Shown here piece after piece: positions 1 through 12,072 of a stretch of 64,000 nt of DNA (position 1 is the stretch's first letter; each line of letters opens with the position of its first letter). Origin of the DNA: Actinomycetota bacterium (GTDB lineage Bacteria > Actinomycetota > Thermoleophilia > UBA2241). Under the pieces are notes generated by a model. The model was not told the DNA's origin. It saw nothing but the letters and a program-made list of their open reading frames with translations, and ran no database searches. A program made the translations under genes and the position numbers. Location: assembly GCA_012514235.1 (NCBI GenBank), contig JAAZAR010000029.1:39-64038 (forward strand). Reading direction: 5' to 3'.

Positions 1-144
1 TACAACGACAGCGTCCTCACCTACAACAACAAGATCCAGATGTTCCCGTCCAACCTCATCGCCGGCATGTTCAACTTCACCACGCGCCAGTTCTTCGAGG
101 CGCCGGAGGCCGAGCGCGCGGTCCCGACCGTCGACCTGAGGTAG
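1..144 (+). CDS. lemA: LemA family protein, C-terminal fragment (5' end outside window)
   Basis: Frame +1 reads YNDSVLTYNNKIQMFPSNLIAGMFNFTTRQFFEAPE...VDLR and stops at TAG 142-144. This matches the conserved LemA C-terminus. A membrane protease follows, as is typical for LemA. Confidence 0.75.
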   Translation, partial: YNDSVLTYNNKIQMFPSNLIAGMFNFTTRQFFEAPEAERAVPTVDLR

Positions 145-171
145 TACGGCGGCTTCGCGCCGCGACCGGTC

Positions 172-1221
172 ATGTACGAACAGATCACCCGCAACCGCCG
201 AGCCTCCTGGCTCCTGGCGGGGCTCGTCGTCGCCATCCTCGCCGTGCTGGGGTTCGCCATCGGGTACGCCGCCGTCGGCGGCACCCAGGGCGGCCTCGGC
301 CTGCTCGGCGTCTTCGGCGTGGTCGCCATCGTCTGGAGCGTCATCGGGTACTACAGCGGCGACAAGATGGTGCTGGCCGTGAGCGGCGCCCGCAAGGTGA
401 CGCACGCCGACGAGCCTCGCCTGTTCAACGTCGTCGAGGAGATGACCATCGCCGCCGGCCTGCCGAAGGCGCCGGCGGTGTACCTGCTCGAGGATCCTGC
501 TCCCAACGCGTTCGCGACGGGTCGCGATCCCGAGCATGCGTCGATCGCCGTCACGCGGGGTCTGCTCGAGCGCCTCGACCGCGAGCAGCTGCAGGGCGTC
601 GTCGCCCACGAGATGTCGCACATCCGCAACTACGACATCCGCTTCCAGACGCTGGTCGGCGTCCTCGTGGGCATGATCGCCCTGGTCGCCGACTTCTTCC
701 TCCGCTGGAGCTTCTGGGGCGGCGCGGGCCGGCGGCGAGGCGGCGGCTCCGGCGGCGACCAGGGCCAGGCGATCTTCATGGTCGTCGCCCTGGTGCTGGC
801 GTTCCTGGCGCCGCTCGCCGCCTACGCCGTGCAGTTCGCGGTGTCGCGCCGCCGCGAGTCGCTGGCGGACGCCTCCGCCGTGGAGCTCACCCGCAACCCG
901 CTCGGTTTGGCGCGGGCGCTGCACGCCATCGCCGCCGATCCGAGGCCGCTGAAGAGCGCCAATCGCGCCACGGCGCACCTCTACATCGAGAACCCGCTCA
1001 AGAAGACCAAGGAGGCGGCCGGCATCTTCGACACGCACCCTCCGGTGCGGCAGCGCATCGCCGTGCTCCTGGAGATGGCGCATGTGGGACCGGAGGCGCT
1101 CGAGCAGGGCCGCGCCCCGCAGGCTGCGGCGGACCCCTCCTCGCCGAGTCCGGTCACGCCGACAGCGCCCGGGGCCTCCCCCTCGGCGGACGCTCCGCGG
1201 CCGCCGGTGCCGCCGACCTGA
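172..1221 (+). CDS. htpX: HtpX-like M48 zinc metalloprotease with Pro/Ala-rich C-terminal tail
   Basis: 349-aa ORF with N-terminal TM helices, the HEMSH zinc motif (VAHEMSHIRNYD) and a later ESLADA motif. Sits downstream of lemA. Confidence 0.9.
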   Translation: MYEQITRNRRASWLLAGLVVAILAVLGFAIGYAAVGGTQGGLGLLGVFGVVAIVWSVIGYYSGDKMVLAVSGARKVTHADEPRLFNVVEEMTIAAGLPKAPAVYLLEDPAPNAFATGRDPEHASIAVTRGLLERLDREQLQGVVAHEMSHIRNYDIRFQTLVGVLVGMIALVADFFLRWSFWGGAGRRRGGGSGGDQGQAIFMVVALVLAFLAPLAAYAVQFAVSRRRESLADASAVELTRNPLGLARALHAIAADPRPLKSANRATAHLYIENPLKKTKEAAGIFDTHPPVRQRIAVLLEMAHVGPEALEQGRAPQAAADPSSPSPVTPTAPGASPSADAPRPPVPPT

Positions 1222-1281
1222 CGCAGCGCCGGAGGCGGCGACGCGGGGGCGCGGTTCGGGCGCTCCGCCACCCCGTGGGCG

Positions 1282-1671
1282 TCAGTCCACGCCGTCGAGC
1301 GGCGCGCGGTACGTGTCGCAGGCGGGGTGCAGGGCGCGGGCCAGCCGCAGGTGACCCCGCGCCTCCTCCCCGCGCCCGAGGACCCGCAGGCAGCGGGCGA
1401 GGGCGTAGTGCGCGTAGTGGCTGTCCGGGACGTCGTCGGTCACGTCCCGGAAGACTTGCTCGGCACGCTCGTAGCGCCCAAGCGCGAACTCAGCCCGGCC
1501 CAGCGCCTCCCTGATGGAGACGCGACCCGGCTCGAGGCGCAGGGCGCGGCACAGGTACATGGACGCCTGCGCCGGATGTCCGCCCTCCAGGAACGCCATG
1601 CCGCGGCGGAAGAGCGTGTAGGCCTCGCTCTCCTCGCGGAAGTCGGGAGTGCGCCGTTCCACGCGGTCCAT
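1282..1671 (-). CDS. small TPR-repeat protein
   Basis: C-terminal 129 aa of the composite ORF 1282..2628, starting at ATG 1671 (MDRVERRTPDF...). Shows a repeated A/L/G/R-Y helical-hairpin pattern (AYTLFRRGMAFLEGG, LGRAEFALGRYERAEQVF, ARCLRVLGRGEEA). The upstream Arg-rich part of the ORF is an out-of-frame read of the neighbouring gene. Confidence 0.6.
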   Translation of the reverse strand: MDRVERRTPDFREESEAYTLFRRGMAFLEGGHPAQASMYLCRALRLEPGRVSIREALGRAEFALGRYERAEQVFRDVTDDVPDSHYAHYALARCLRVLGRGEEARGHLRLARALHPACDTYRAPLDGVD

Positions 1672-1679
1672 GGACCCTC

Positions 1680-2234
1680 TCAGAGGCCGAGCTCCCCGGC
1701 GATGCCCTGCATCGCCTCGAGCCCGAGGCCGAAGAACTCGTCGAGTCCCAGGCCGAGGTCCTCGCACCGTGCGATCGATCCCCTGTCCACGCCGCGAGCG
1801 AACGCGCCTTCCCTGTAGCGCTTGCGCACCGACTTCACCTTGACACCGGCGAGGTCCTTGTCTGGGCGGACGAGTGCGGCCGCCGTGATGAGCCCGCTGA
1901 GCTGGTCCGCCGCGATGAGGGCGACGTCGATCGGCGCCGTCGCCGCGACACCTGTGTCGTGGTTGTGGGCCGCCACCGCGTGGACGACCTCCTCCGGCAG
2001 GCCCAGGCCGGCCAGCGTTTCCGCCGCCTCCCTGCCATGCCTGCTGACGTCGCCCTCCGTCTCCTCTGCGTCGAGGTCGTGGCCGAGTCCCGCGAGGCCC
2101 CAGGCGTCCGCGTCCTCTCCGAGACGCGTCGCGAGAGCCCGCATGATGGCCTCCGTGGCGAGCATGTGGCGGCGCAGGTTCTCGTTGGCCACGCGGGCCT
2201 GGACCTCGGCGAGGACGGGAGCCCGATCGGTCAT
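1680..2234 (-). CDS. HD/HDIG-domain metal-dependent phosphohydrolase
   Basis: Starts at MTDRAPVLAEV. Carries H..HD-type motifs (RRHMLATEAIM, GLGHDLD, AVAAHNHD). Its ATG overlaps the coaBC stop by 4 nt (ATGA). Confidence 0.7.
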   Translation of the reverse strand: MTDRAPVLAEVQARVANENLRRHMLATEAIMRALATRLGEDADAWGLAGLGHDLDAEETEGDVSRHGREAAETLAGLGLPEEVVHAVAAHNHDTGVAATAPIDVALIAADQLSGLITAAALVRPDKDLAGVKVKSVRKRYREGAFARGVDRGSIARCEDLGLGLDEFFGLGLEAMQGIAGELGL

Positions 2235-3451
2235 CCGCCGACTCCCTTCTCGATCTGGTCGACGATGGCCCGGGCGCACGCCGGCTTGGTCGTGCGCGGC
2301 ACGTGGATCTCGCCGTCGGGGCCGAGGATCGTGATCTCGTTCTCGTCCGAGCCGATGCCCACACCCTCGGCGAGGATGTCGTTGAACACCAGCAGATCGA
2401 CGCCCTTGGCGGCCTTCTTGGCGCGTGCCCGGTCGAGCCGCGGGCCCGCCTCGGCGGCGAACCCGACCCGGAACAGGCCGGGCCTCGCGGTCGACGCCAG
2501 CACGTCGACCGTGCGCACGAGTTCGAGCGTGAGGGTCTCGCGGTCGCCGCGTTCGATCTTGCCGCCCTCTTCGTCGCGGGGACGGAAGTCGGCGACGGCC
2601 GCGGCCATGACGAGGACGTCCGCGTCACGGACGGCCTCGGTGACCGCCGCGGCCATCTCCGAGGCGCTCTCGACGCGCACGATGTCGTACGGCGTCCCGT
2701 CAGCCGGCTGCGTGGTCACGAGGGTGACGTGCGCACCGCGCAGGTACGTTTCGTCGGCCACCGCGCGGCCCATCTTGCCGCTCGAGCGGTTGCCGATGAA
2801 GCGCACGGCGTCGATGCGCTCGCGGGTGCCGCCGGAGGTGACGACGACCTTCTTCCCCGCGAGCGGTCCGGCGGCCGACGCCGCGAACGCGCGGCGCACT
2901 GCCAGCCTGATCGCCTCCGGCGAGGCCATGCGGCCGGATCCCTCCTCGCCGCAGGCGAGCTCTCCCTCCTCGGTCGGGAGGACCTCCACCCCACGCTCCG
3001 CGAGCACGTGCACGTTCTCGCGCGTGGCGGCGTGCTCGTTCATCGCCCAGTTCATGGTCGGCGCGACGATGACGGGGCCGCGGAAGGCGAGGTAGATGGC
3101 GGTGAGCAGGTTGTCGGCCATGCCGGCGGCCATCTTGGCGAGCGTGTTCGCCGTGGCGGGAGCCACGACCATCACGCTCGCCTGCCGGGCCGCCTCGATG
3201 TGCCGGAACCAGCCTCCGCTCGCCTGCCAGGCGCTCTGGTCGTCGAGGACGGGCGCCTGCGCGACGGCGGCGAAGGTGAGCGGCATGACGAAGCGCTGCG
3301 CGGCCTCCGTCGTCACGACGAGCGGCTGGAAGCCGTCCTTGACCAGGCCGCGTACCAGCTCGACCGCCTTGTAGATGGCGATGCCGCCCGTGACGCCGAC
3401 GAGGACGGTGGGGGCGGCATGCATCGTCGGAGCCTGGCTCACGACGGTCAC
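2231..3451 (-). CDS. coaBC: bifunctional phosphopantothenoylcysteine decarboxylase / phosphopantothenate-cysteine ligase
   Basis: 406 aa. N-terminal flavoprotein motif VLVGVTGGIAIYKA, then the PAMN-like segment (APTMNWAM) and the C-terminal CoaB domain (SSGKMG). Lies in rpoZ-coaBC synteny. Confidence 0.93.
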   Translation of the reverse strand: MTVVSQAPTMHAAPTVLVGVTGGIAIYKAVELVRGLVKDGFQPLVVTTEAAQRFVMPLTFAAVAQAPVLDDQSAWQASGGWFRHIEAARQASVMVVAPATANTLAKMAAGMADNLLTAIYLAFRGPVIVAPTMNWAMNEHAATRENVHVLAERGVEVLPTEEGELACGEEGSGRMASPEAIRLAVRRAFAASAAGPLAGKKVVVTSGGTRERIDAVRFIGNRSSGKMGRAVADETYLRGAHVTLVTTQPADGTPYDIVRVESASEMAAAVTEAVRDADVLVMAAAVADFRPRDEEGGKIERGDRETLTLELVRTVDVLASTARPGLFRVGFAAEAGPRLDRARAKKAAKGVDLLVFNDILAEGVGIGSDENEITILGPDGEIHVPRTTKPACARAIVDQIEKGVGG

Positions 3452-3687
3452 TCGGGGCGGTCGTGCTCGATCTTCGAGTCGACGATCTCCTCGAAGGCGA
3501 TCGTGAGCAGGTTGGTGCTGCGCGTGGTGATGAGCGGCGGCGTGAGCTCCTCGAGGCCGAGGGTGTTCTCACCCAGACTGTGGTAGTAGTTGTTGATCTG
3601 CCGCGCGCGCTTGGCGGCGATCATGACGAGCTCGTAGCGCGAGCCGTCCGCGTGGGGCAGCAGCTCGTCGATGCGGGGCTTGTCCAC
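3448..3687 (-). CDS. rpoZ: DNA-directed RNA polymerase subunit omega
   Basis: 79 aa with RYELVMIAAKRARQI, the signature of omega. Lies in gmk-rpoZ-coaBC synteny. Confidence 0.9.
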   Translation of the reverse strand: MDKPRIDELLPHADGSRYELVMIAAKRARQINNYYHSLGENTLGLEELTPPLITTRSTNLLTIAFEEIVDSKIEHDRPE

Positions 3688-4247
3688 TAGTCTTCCTTCC
3701 TTCGTGCTTCGATGATGGCGACGACCTTGTCGGCGGCGCGCCCGGCATCGTCGTTCACCACGACGTGGTCGAACTCCTCCGCGGCGGCGACCTCCGTCTC
3801 CGCCCTGTGCAGCCGACGGGCGATGGCGGCCGCGGACTCCGTGCCGCGGCCGCGCAGCCTGTCCGCGAGTTCGGCCATGCTGGGCGGCGCGATGAACACC
3901 GTGACCGCCTCGGGCATGGCCGCCCGCACCGCGCGGGCGCCGATGAGCTCGATCTCGAGGATCACGTCATCGCCGTCCTCCAGCTTGGCCCTGACTTCGC
4001 TGCACAGCGTGCCGTACAGGTTGCCACTGTACTCTACCCATTCCAGGAAGTCGCCTGCCGCCACGGCGGCCCGGAACGACGGCTCGTCCATGAAGTGGTA
4101 CTCGCGGCCATGGACCTCGCCGGGCCGCGGCGGTCGTGTCGTCGCCGAGACCGAGGTGACCACGTGCGGGAGCCGTTGGCGGACGAGGGCGATGACGGTC
4201 CCCTTCCCGGCGCCCGAGGGCCCCGAGATGACGAAGACGGAGGGGAT
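3687..4247 (-). CDS. gmk: guanylate kinase (start probably non-canonical ATC at 4247)
   Basis: The ORF-track entry starts at GTG 4163, but the same frame upstream encodes IPSVFVISGPSGAGKGTVIALV (P-loop). The downstream sequence (TTRPPRPGEVHGREYHF, EWVEYSGNLYGT) is typical Gmk. GGAGG lies 7 nt upstream of ATC 4247. Confidence 0.85.
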   Translation of the reverse strand: MPSVFVISGPSGAGKGTVIALVRQRLPHVVTSVSATTRPPRPGEVHGREYHFMDEPSFRAAVAAGDFLEWVEYSGNLYGTLCSEVRAKLEDGDDVILEIELIGARAVRAAMPEAVTVFIAPPSMAELADRLRGRGTESAAAIARRLHRAETEVAAAEEFDHVVVNDDAGRAADKVVAIIEARRKED

Positions 4248-4250
4248 GGC

Positions 4251-4583
4251 TCAGCCTCCGAAGTAGGCGAGCAGCTCGTGGCGCTGGCGCTCCGAGAGGC
4301 CGCCGACGGTCTTGCTCGGGCTGATGCGGCACTGCTCCATGATGCGCGCCGACTTGACGCGGCCGCACTTCGGCGCGGCCATGAGCAGATCGACGACCTT
4401 GGCCGTGAGGAGGAAGTCGGGCGGGTCCGAGAGGACCTGCCGGATGTTCACCTCGCCGCGCTTGAGGTCGGCCTTGAGCGCGGCCCGCCGGCTGCGTACC
4501 TCGTTGGCCTTGCCCAAGGCGTCCATGCGCTGGTCGAGCGACCGGGCCGGGGCCGTGTTGAACTGCTTCGAAGAGGGGGACAT
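4251..4583 (-). CDS. mihF: actinobacterial integration host factor (mIHF-like nucleoid protein)
   Basis: 110 aa. ALGKANEVRSRRAALKADLKRGE...LLMAAPKCGRVKSARIMEQCRISPSKTVGGLSERQR is the mIHF pattern. It sits immediately upstream of gmk-rpoZ-coaBC, as in Mycobacterium. Confidence 0.8.
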   Translation of the reverse strand: MSPSSKQFNTAPARSLDQRMDALGKANEVRSRRAALKADLKRGEVNIRQVLSDPPDFLLTAKVVDLLMAAPKCGRVKSARIMEQCRISPSKTVGGLSERQRHELLAYFGG

Positions 4584-4591
4584 CGCGCGAG

Positions 4592-4621
4592 AGTATATGT
4601 GATTCGCCGCAGGGGTTTCAA
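4592..4621 (-). promoter_or_regulatory. putative sigma-70-type promoter of mihF (near-leaderless)
   Basis: Minus strand reads TTGAAA (4621-4616), an 18-nt spacer, then TATACT (4597-4592). Only 8 nt separate the -10 element from ATG 4583, and there is no SD. Confidence 0.4.
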
Positions 4622-4630
4622 CAAAGCCCG

Positions 4631-4668
4631 GCCGGCAAAAGCGGGCACCTAGCTGGCCTTTTGCCGGC
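4631..4668 (-). terminator. hairpin downstream of pyrD (possible pyr operon terminator)
   Basis: GCCGGCAAAAG-N16-CTTTTGCCGGC (11-bp stem), followed on the minus strand by CGGGCUUUGUUG. Confidence 0.4.
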
Positions 4669-4688
4669 TCCGCGCAGCGACGCCCGCG

Positions 4689-5675
4689 TCAGGAGCTCAA
4701 CGCGACGCCCCGGGCGTCCGCGGCAGACGCGAAACCGCGGGCCGCGAGTTCCTCACGAAGCTCGGCGAGGATGCGCTGCGGCGCCTCGAAGGCGGTGAAG
4801 TTGGCGGCACCCACGCCTACGGCCGTGGCGCCGCAGGCGATGAACTCGAGCGCGTCCAGGCCGGTCGCCACGCCGCCCATGCCCACGATCGGTGTGTCCG
4901 GGAAGGCCTGCGCGACCTCGGCGACCATCCGCAGGGCGACGGGTTTGACGGCCGGTCCGCAGAGGCCGCCGGTGCGGTTGCCGAGGAAGGGCTTCAAGGT
5001 GTCGCGGTCGAGCACCAGCGCCTTGAGCGTGTTGATGAGCGAGAGACCGTCGGCGCCGGCGTCCAGGGCGGCGGCGCCGATCTCGGTGACGTCGCGCACG
5101 TTGGGGGTGAGCTTGGCGAGCAGGAACCGGCTCGTCGCTTCGCGGCAGGCGCCGACGACCTCGGCGGTCGCCGCGCGGTCGGCGCCGATCTGCAGACCGC
5201 TGGAGACGTTCGGACACGAGATGTTGAGTTCGTACCCCTGGATCGAGGGCGCGGCGCCCGGTGCCGCCGCGTCGAGGTACTCGTCCAGCGCCGCTACGAC
5301 GGCGGCGTACTGCTCGGGCTCGTTGCCGCCCACGCTCACGATGACGGGCTGCCGGAGGTGCGCCCACTCTCCGAGGCGCGCGATCCAGGCGCGGACGCCC
5401 GGGTTCTCGAGTCCGATGGCGTTGATCATCCCGGACGGCGTCTCGGTGACGCGCGGCGCCGGGTTGCCGGTCCGCGCGTCGACGGTGACGGTCTTGGGGA
5501 CGTACGCCGCGTACGGGAAGTCGGCGAAGTAGTCGCCGTCGTAGCGGCGCGCGTATTCGAGCAGGTCGAAGGTCCCCGACGCGTCGACCAGGGGGTGGTC
5601 GAGCACGATCGGACCGAGGCTCACGGAGAGGTCGGGCGAGGGATCGAGCGGCGCTCCGTTCGCCCTCTCGGTCAC
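4689..5675 (-). CDS. pyrD: dihydroorotate dehydrogenase, class 1B catalytic subunit
   Basis: GTG start at 5675 overlaps the pyrK stop by 4 nt. Motifs: LDHPLVDASGTF, GLENPGV, NISCPN, GGLCGPAVKP, GMGGV. Confidence 0.9.
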   Translation of the reverse strand: MTERANGAPLDPSPDLSVSLGPIVLDHPLVDASGTFDLLEYARRYDGDYFADFPYAAYVPKTVTVDARTGNPAPRVTETPSGMINAIGLENPGVRAWIARLGEWAHLRQPVIVSVGGNEPEQYAAVVAALDEYLDAAAPGAAPSIQGYELNISCPNVSSGLQIGADRAATAEVVGACREATSRFLLAKLTPNVRDVTEIGAAALDAGADGLSLINTLKALVLDRDTLKPFLGNRTGGLCGPAVKPVALRMVAEVAQAFPDTPIVGMGGVATGLDALEFIACGATAVGVGAANFTAFEAPQRILAELREELAARGFASAADARGVALSS

Positions 5676-6456
5676 GGGGTCACCTCGTCGAGACGGAACA
5701 CGGGTCCCTCGGCGCACACCCGCAGCTTGCCGCGGGCGGTGTCGACCACACAGCCGTGGCAGGAGCCGGTACCGCACGCCATGTGCGCTTCGAGCGAGAC
5801 GTAGCCGTGCAGGCCCTCGGCGAACGTCCAGCGCTGGACGGCGGCCACCATGGGGGTGGGGCCGCAGGCGTACACGGTGGTGCCGGGGGACACGTCCAGC
5901 GCGGCGAGCAGGTGGAGCACGGTGCCCGCTCTGCCGACGCTGCCGTCCTCGGTCGCCACCCAGAGGCGGTCGATCGTGAAGGCTCCGGCGGCGCGGGCGG
6001 AGCGGAAGTCACGGAAGCCGAAGCAGGCGGTGACGTGAGCCCCCGCCGCCGACAGCTCGTCTGCGAGGTACTGGAGCGGCGCGCACCCGATGCCGCCGCC
6101 CACGAGGAGCGCGTTCGAGACGTCCTCCGTCGGGAACGCGCTGCCCAAGGGGCCGGCCACCTCGACGGCGTCGCCGACATCGAGGCGGGTGAGGCGCTCG
6201 GTGCCGCCGCCGCGGGCCTCGACCAGCAGGCTGATGCGGTCGGCGTGGGCGGCGAACAGCGAGATGGGCCGGCGGAGGAAGGACCCTCCCCCGGGCACGG
6301 TGACCATGACGAACTGCCCGGGGGCGGCGCGCCGCGCGACGCGCGGCGCGATGAGCTCGAGCACGGCGAAGGCGCCGAAGTGACGAACGGCGGCGACCCG
6401 GCAGTGGGACGTCTCCGCCCACTGCGAGTGGTCGCCGTGCGTGTGCCCAGCCTCGG

Positions 6457-6460
<4 letters not shown>
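5672..6460 (-). CDS. pyrK: dihydroorotate dehydrogenase electron-transfer (FAD / 2Fe-2S) subunit
   Basis: 262 aa with RRPISL FAD-binding motif, GGGIGCAP, and the C-terminal cluster [13 protein letters not shown]...C. Lies between carB and pyrD. Confidence 0.88.
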
Positions 6461-9653
<3,193 letters not shown>

Positions 9654-9654
<1 letters not shown>

Positions 9655-10763
9655 CAGGCGTCCCCTCCCCGCTTGAAGCGGTCGATCTCGTCGCGGAAGC
9701 GCTGGAACAGGTACAGGGAGTCGTGCGGACCCGGCGTCGACTCGGGGTGGTACTGCACCGAGAAGGCGTAGCGCTCGGGTGAGGCGACGCCCTCGACGGT
9801 GCCGTCGTTGAGGTTGAGATGGGTGATCTCGGCGCCGGGGACCTGCTCGTCGCGGACGGCGAACCCGTGGTTCTGGGTGGTGATCTCGATCACGCCGGTG
9901 CGCAGGTCTTTGACCGGGTGGTTCGCTCCCCGGTGGCCGAACTTGAGCTTGAACGTCCGCAGCCCGAGCGCCTGCGCCAGAAGCTGGTGCCCAAGGCAGA
10001 TGCCGAAGATGGGCACCTTGCCGAGCAGGCGCTCGATGGCCTTGACGGCGTAGGTGACGGCAGCCGGGTCGCCGGGGCCGTTGCTGAGGAACACGCCGTC
10101 CGGCGCCAGCTTGAGCACCTTCTGGGCGCTCGTCGCCGCCGGGACCACGGTGACGCGGAAGCCGCACTCGGCGAGGTAGCGGAGCATCGAGCGCTTGATG
10201 CCGTAGTCGTAGGCGACGACGTGCAGGTCGGGCGCCGGGGCCCCTTCGGGCGCCGGCGCCTCGTACAGCTCCTCGCAGCTGACGACCTTGGCGAGATCGA
10301 GGCCGCCCATGACGGGCAGTCCCTGGGCGGCCTTGCGCAGGTGCTTGGCGTCGGCCACGTCGGTGCTCACGACGGCGCGCAGCGCGCCCTTCTCCCGGAT
10401 GTGCCGGGTGAGGGCGCGCGTGTCCACGCCGGTGACGGCGAGCACACCGTGCTCGGCGAGCCAGTCGAGCCACGTCTGGCGGGAGGCGCGGTTGAAGCGG
10501 TAGTTGGTGAGCTCCCGGGCGATGATGGCCCGGGCGTGCGCCTTGTCCGACTCGTCACGGTCCGCGTCGGCCCCGTAGTTGCCGTTCATCGGGAACGTGT
10601 AGGTGACGAGCTGGCCGCAGTACGACGGATCGGTAGCGATCTCCTGGTAGCCGCACATGCTGGTGTTGAACACGATCTCGCCGCCCACGGAGCCGGCGCC
10701 GGTGAGCGCCTCCCCGGCGAAGACGGCGCCGTCCTCCAGGACGATGACGGCCGGGCTAGGCAA
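9654..10763 (-). CDS. carA: carbamoyl-phosphate synthase small (glutaminase) subunit
   Basis: 369 aa with [19 protein letters not shown] (catalytic Cys) and HGFAV. Confidence 0.95.
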
Positions 10764-12072
10764 GGTCGTCCCACGCTACGCGGCCGGCGGCCACCGTGAG
10801 GCGGACCTTGCCGGTGAGCTCCTGCCCCAGCCAGGGGGAGTTGCAGGAGCGTGACTGCAGGGACGCGGGCGTGACCGTCCAGACCGCCGAGGGGTCGACG
10901 ATGCAGAGGTCGGCCGTCGCGCCGGCCGAGACCGACGGCGCCGGCAGCCCGGCGATGCGGGCCGGCGCCGCGCTCATCCGCGTCACCAGCGTCGCGAGGT
11001 CCAGGGCCTTCGACGCGACGAGGCCCCCGTACAGGACGCTGAACGCGGTCTCCAGTCCGATACACCCGAACGGCGCCTCCTCGAAGGGCACGTCCTTCTC
11101 CTCCGGCGCATGCGGCGCGTGGTCGGTGGCCACGCAGTCGATGAGGCCGGACCTGAGCGCCTCGACGAGCGCCTCCCGGTCGCTCTCCGAGCGCAGGGGC
11201 GGGCTCATCTTGAGGTTTGGGTCGAGGGAAGCCACGCACTCGTCGACCAGGGTGAGGTGGTGCGGCGTGGCCTCGGTCGTCACGCGAAGCCCGGCCTCCT
11301 TGGCGTGGGCGATCGCCTGCACCGAGTCCGCCGTGCTCACGTGACAGAGGTGGAGGCCCGCGTCCTCGTAGGCGGCGACGCCGAGCGCCCGCGCCACCTC
11401 GAGGCTCTCCGAGATGGAGGGGATGCCCGCGAGGCCGAGGCGCGCGGACGCGGGCCCCTCGTGCATCTGGCCGCCGGCGGTGAGCGACGGGTCCTCGGCG
11501 TGCAGCGCCATGAACCGGCCGCTCATCTTCCCGTACTGCAGCGCCCGCCGCATGATGGCCGCGGTGGGCAGCGGACGGCCGTCGTCGCTGAAGGCGGCGG
11601 CGCCGGCCTCGTCGAGTTCGCACATCTCGGTGAGCTGGCGGCCCTCGAGCCCCCTGGTGATCGCGGCGTAGAAGCCCAGCGGGACCACCGCCTCGTCCTG
11701 GGCCTGCCGGGCGAGTCCCCTGAGGGTGTGGGCGCTGTCCACCACGGGCTCCGTGTTGGCCATGCCGAGCACCGCGACGTAGCCGCCGGCGGCTGCGGCG
11801 GCGGACGCCGTCGCGATGTCCTCCTCGTCCTCGCGCCCGGGAGTGCGGAAGTGGGCGTGCAGGTCGACGAAGCCGGGCAGGACGAGCATGCCGGTCGCGT
11901 CCACGACGCGCACGTCGTCGCCGGCCTCGAGTCCGGTGCCCACCTGGACGATCCGGCCGTCGCCGACCAGCACGTCGAGGAGGTCGTCGAGACCGCTCTC
12001 TGGGTCGACGACGCGGCCGCCAGTGATGAGCAGGTCGGCGGCCGGGAGAGGCTTGCACCACGTCCGTTCCAT
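10756..12072 (-). CDS. pyrC: dihydroorotase
   Basis: Starts at MERTWCKPLPAADLLITGGRVVD. Motifs PGFVDLHAHFRTPG and ATDHAPH. 1-nt overlap with the pyrB stop. Confidence 0.92.
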   Translation of the reverse strand: MERTWCKPLPAADLLITGGRVVDPESGLDDLLDVLVGDGRIVQVGTGLEAGDDVRVVDATGMLVLPGFVDLHAHFRTPGREDEEDIATASAAAAAGGYVAVLGMANTEPVVDSAHTLRGLARQAQDEAVVPLGFYAAITRGLEGRQLTEMCELDEAGAAAFSDDGRPLPTAAIMRRALQYGKMSGRFMALHAEDPSLTAGGQMHEGPASARLGLAGIPSISESLEVARALGVAAYEDAGLHLCHVSTADSVQAIAHAKEAGLRVTTEATPHHLTLVDECVASLDPNLKMSPPLRSESDREALVEALRSGLIDCVATDHAPHAPEEKDVPFEEAPFGCIGLETAFSVLYGGLVASKALDLATLVTRMSAAPARIAGLPAPSVSAGATADLCIVDPSAVWTVTPASLQSRSCNSPWLGQELTGKVRLTVAAGRVAWDDLA

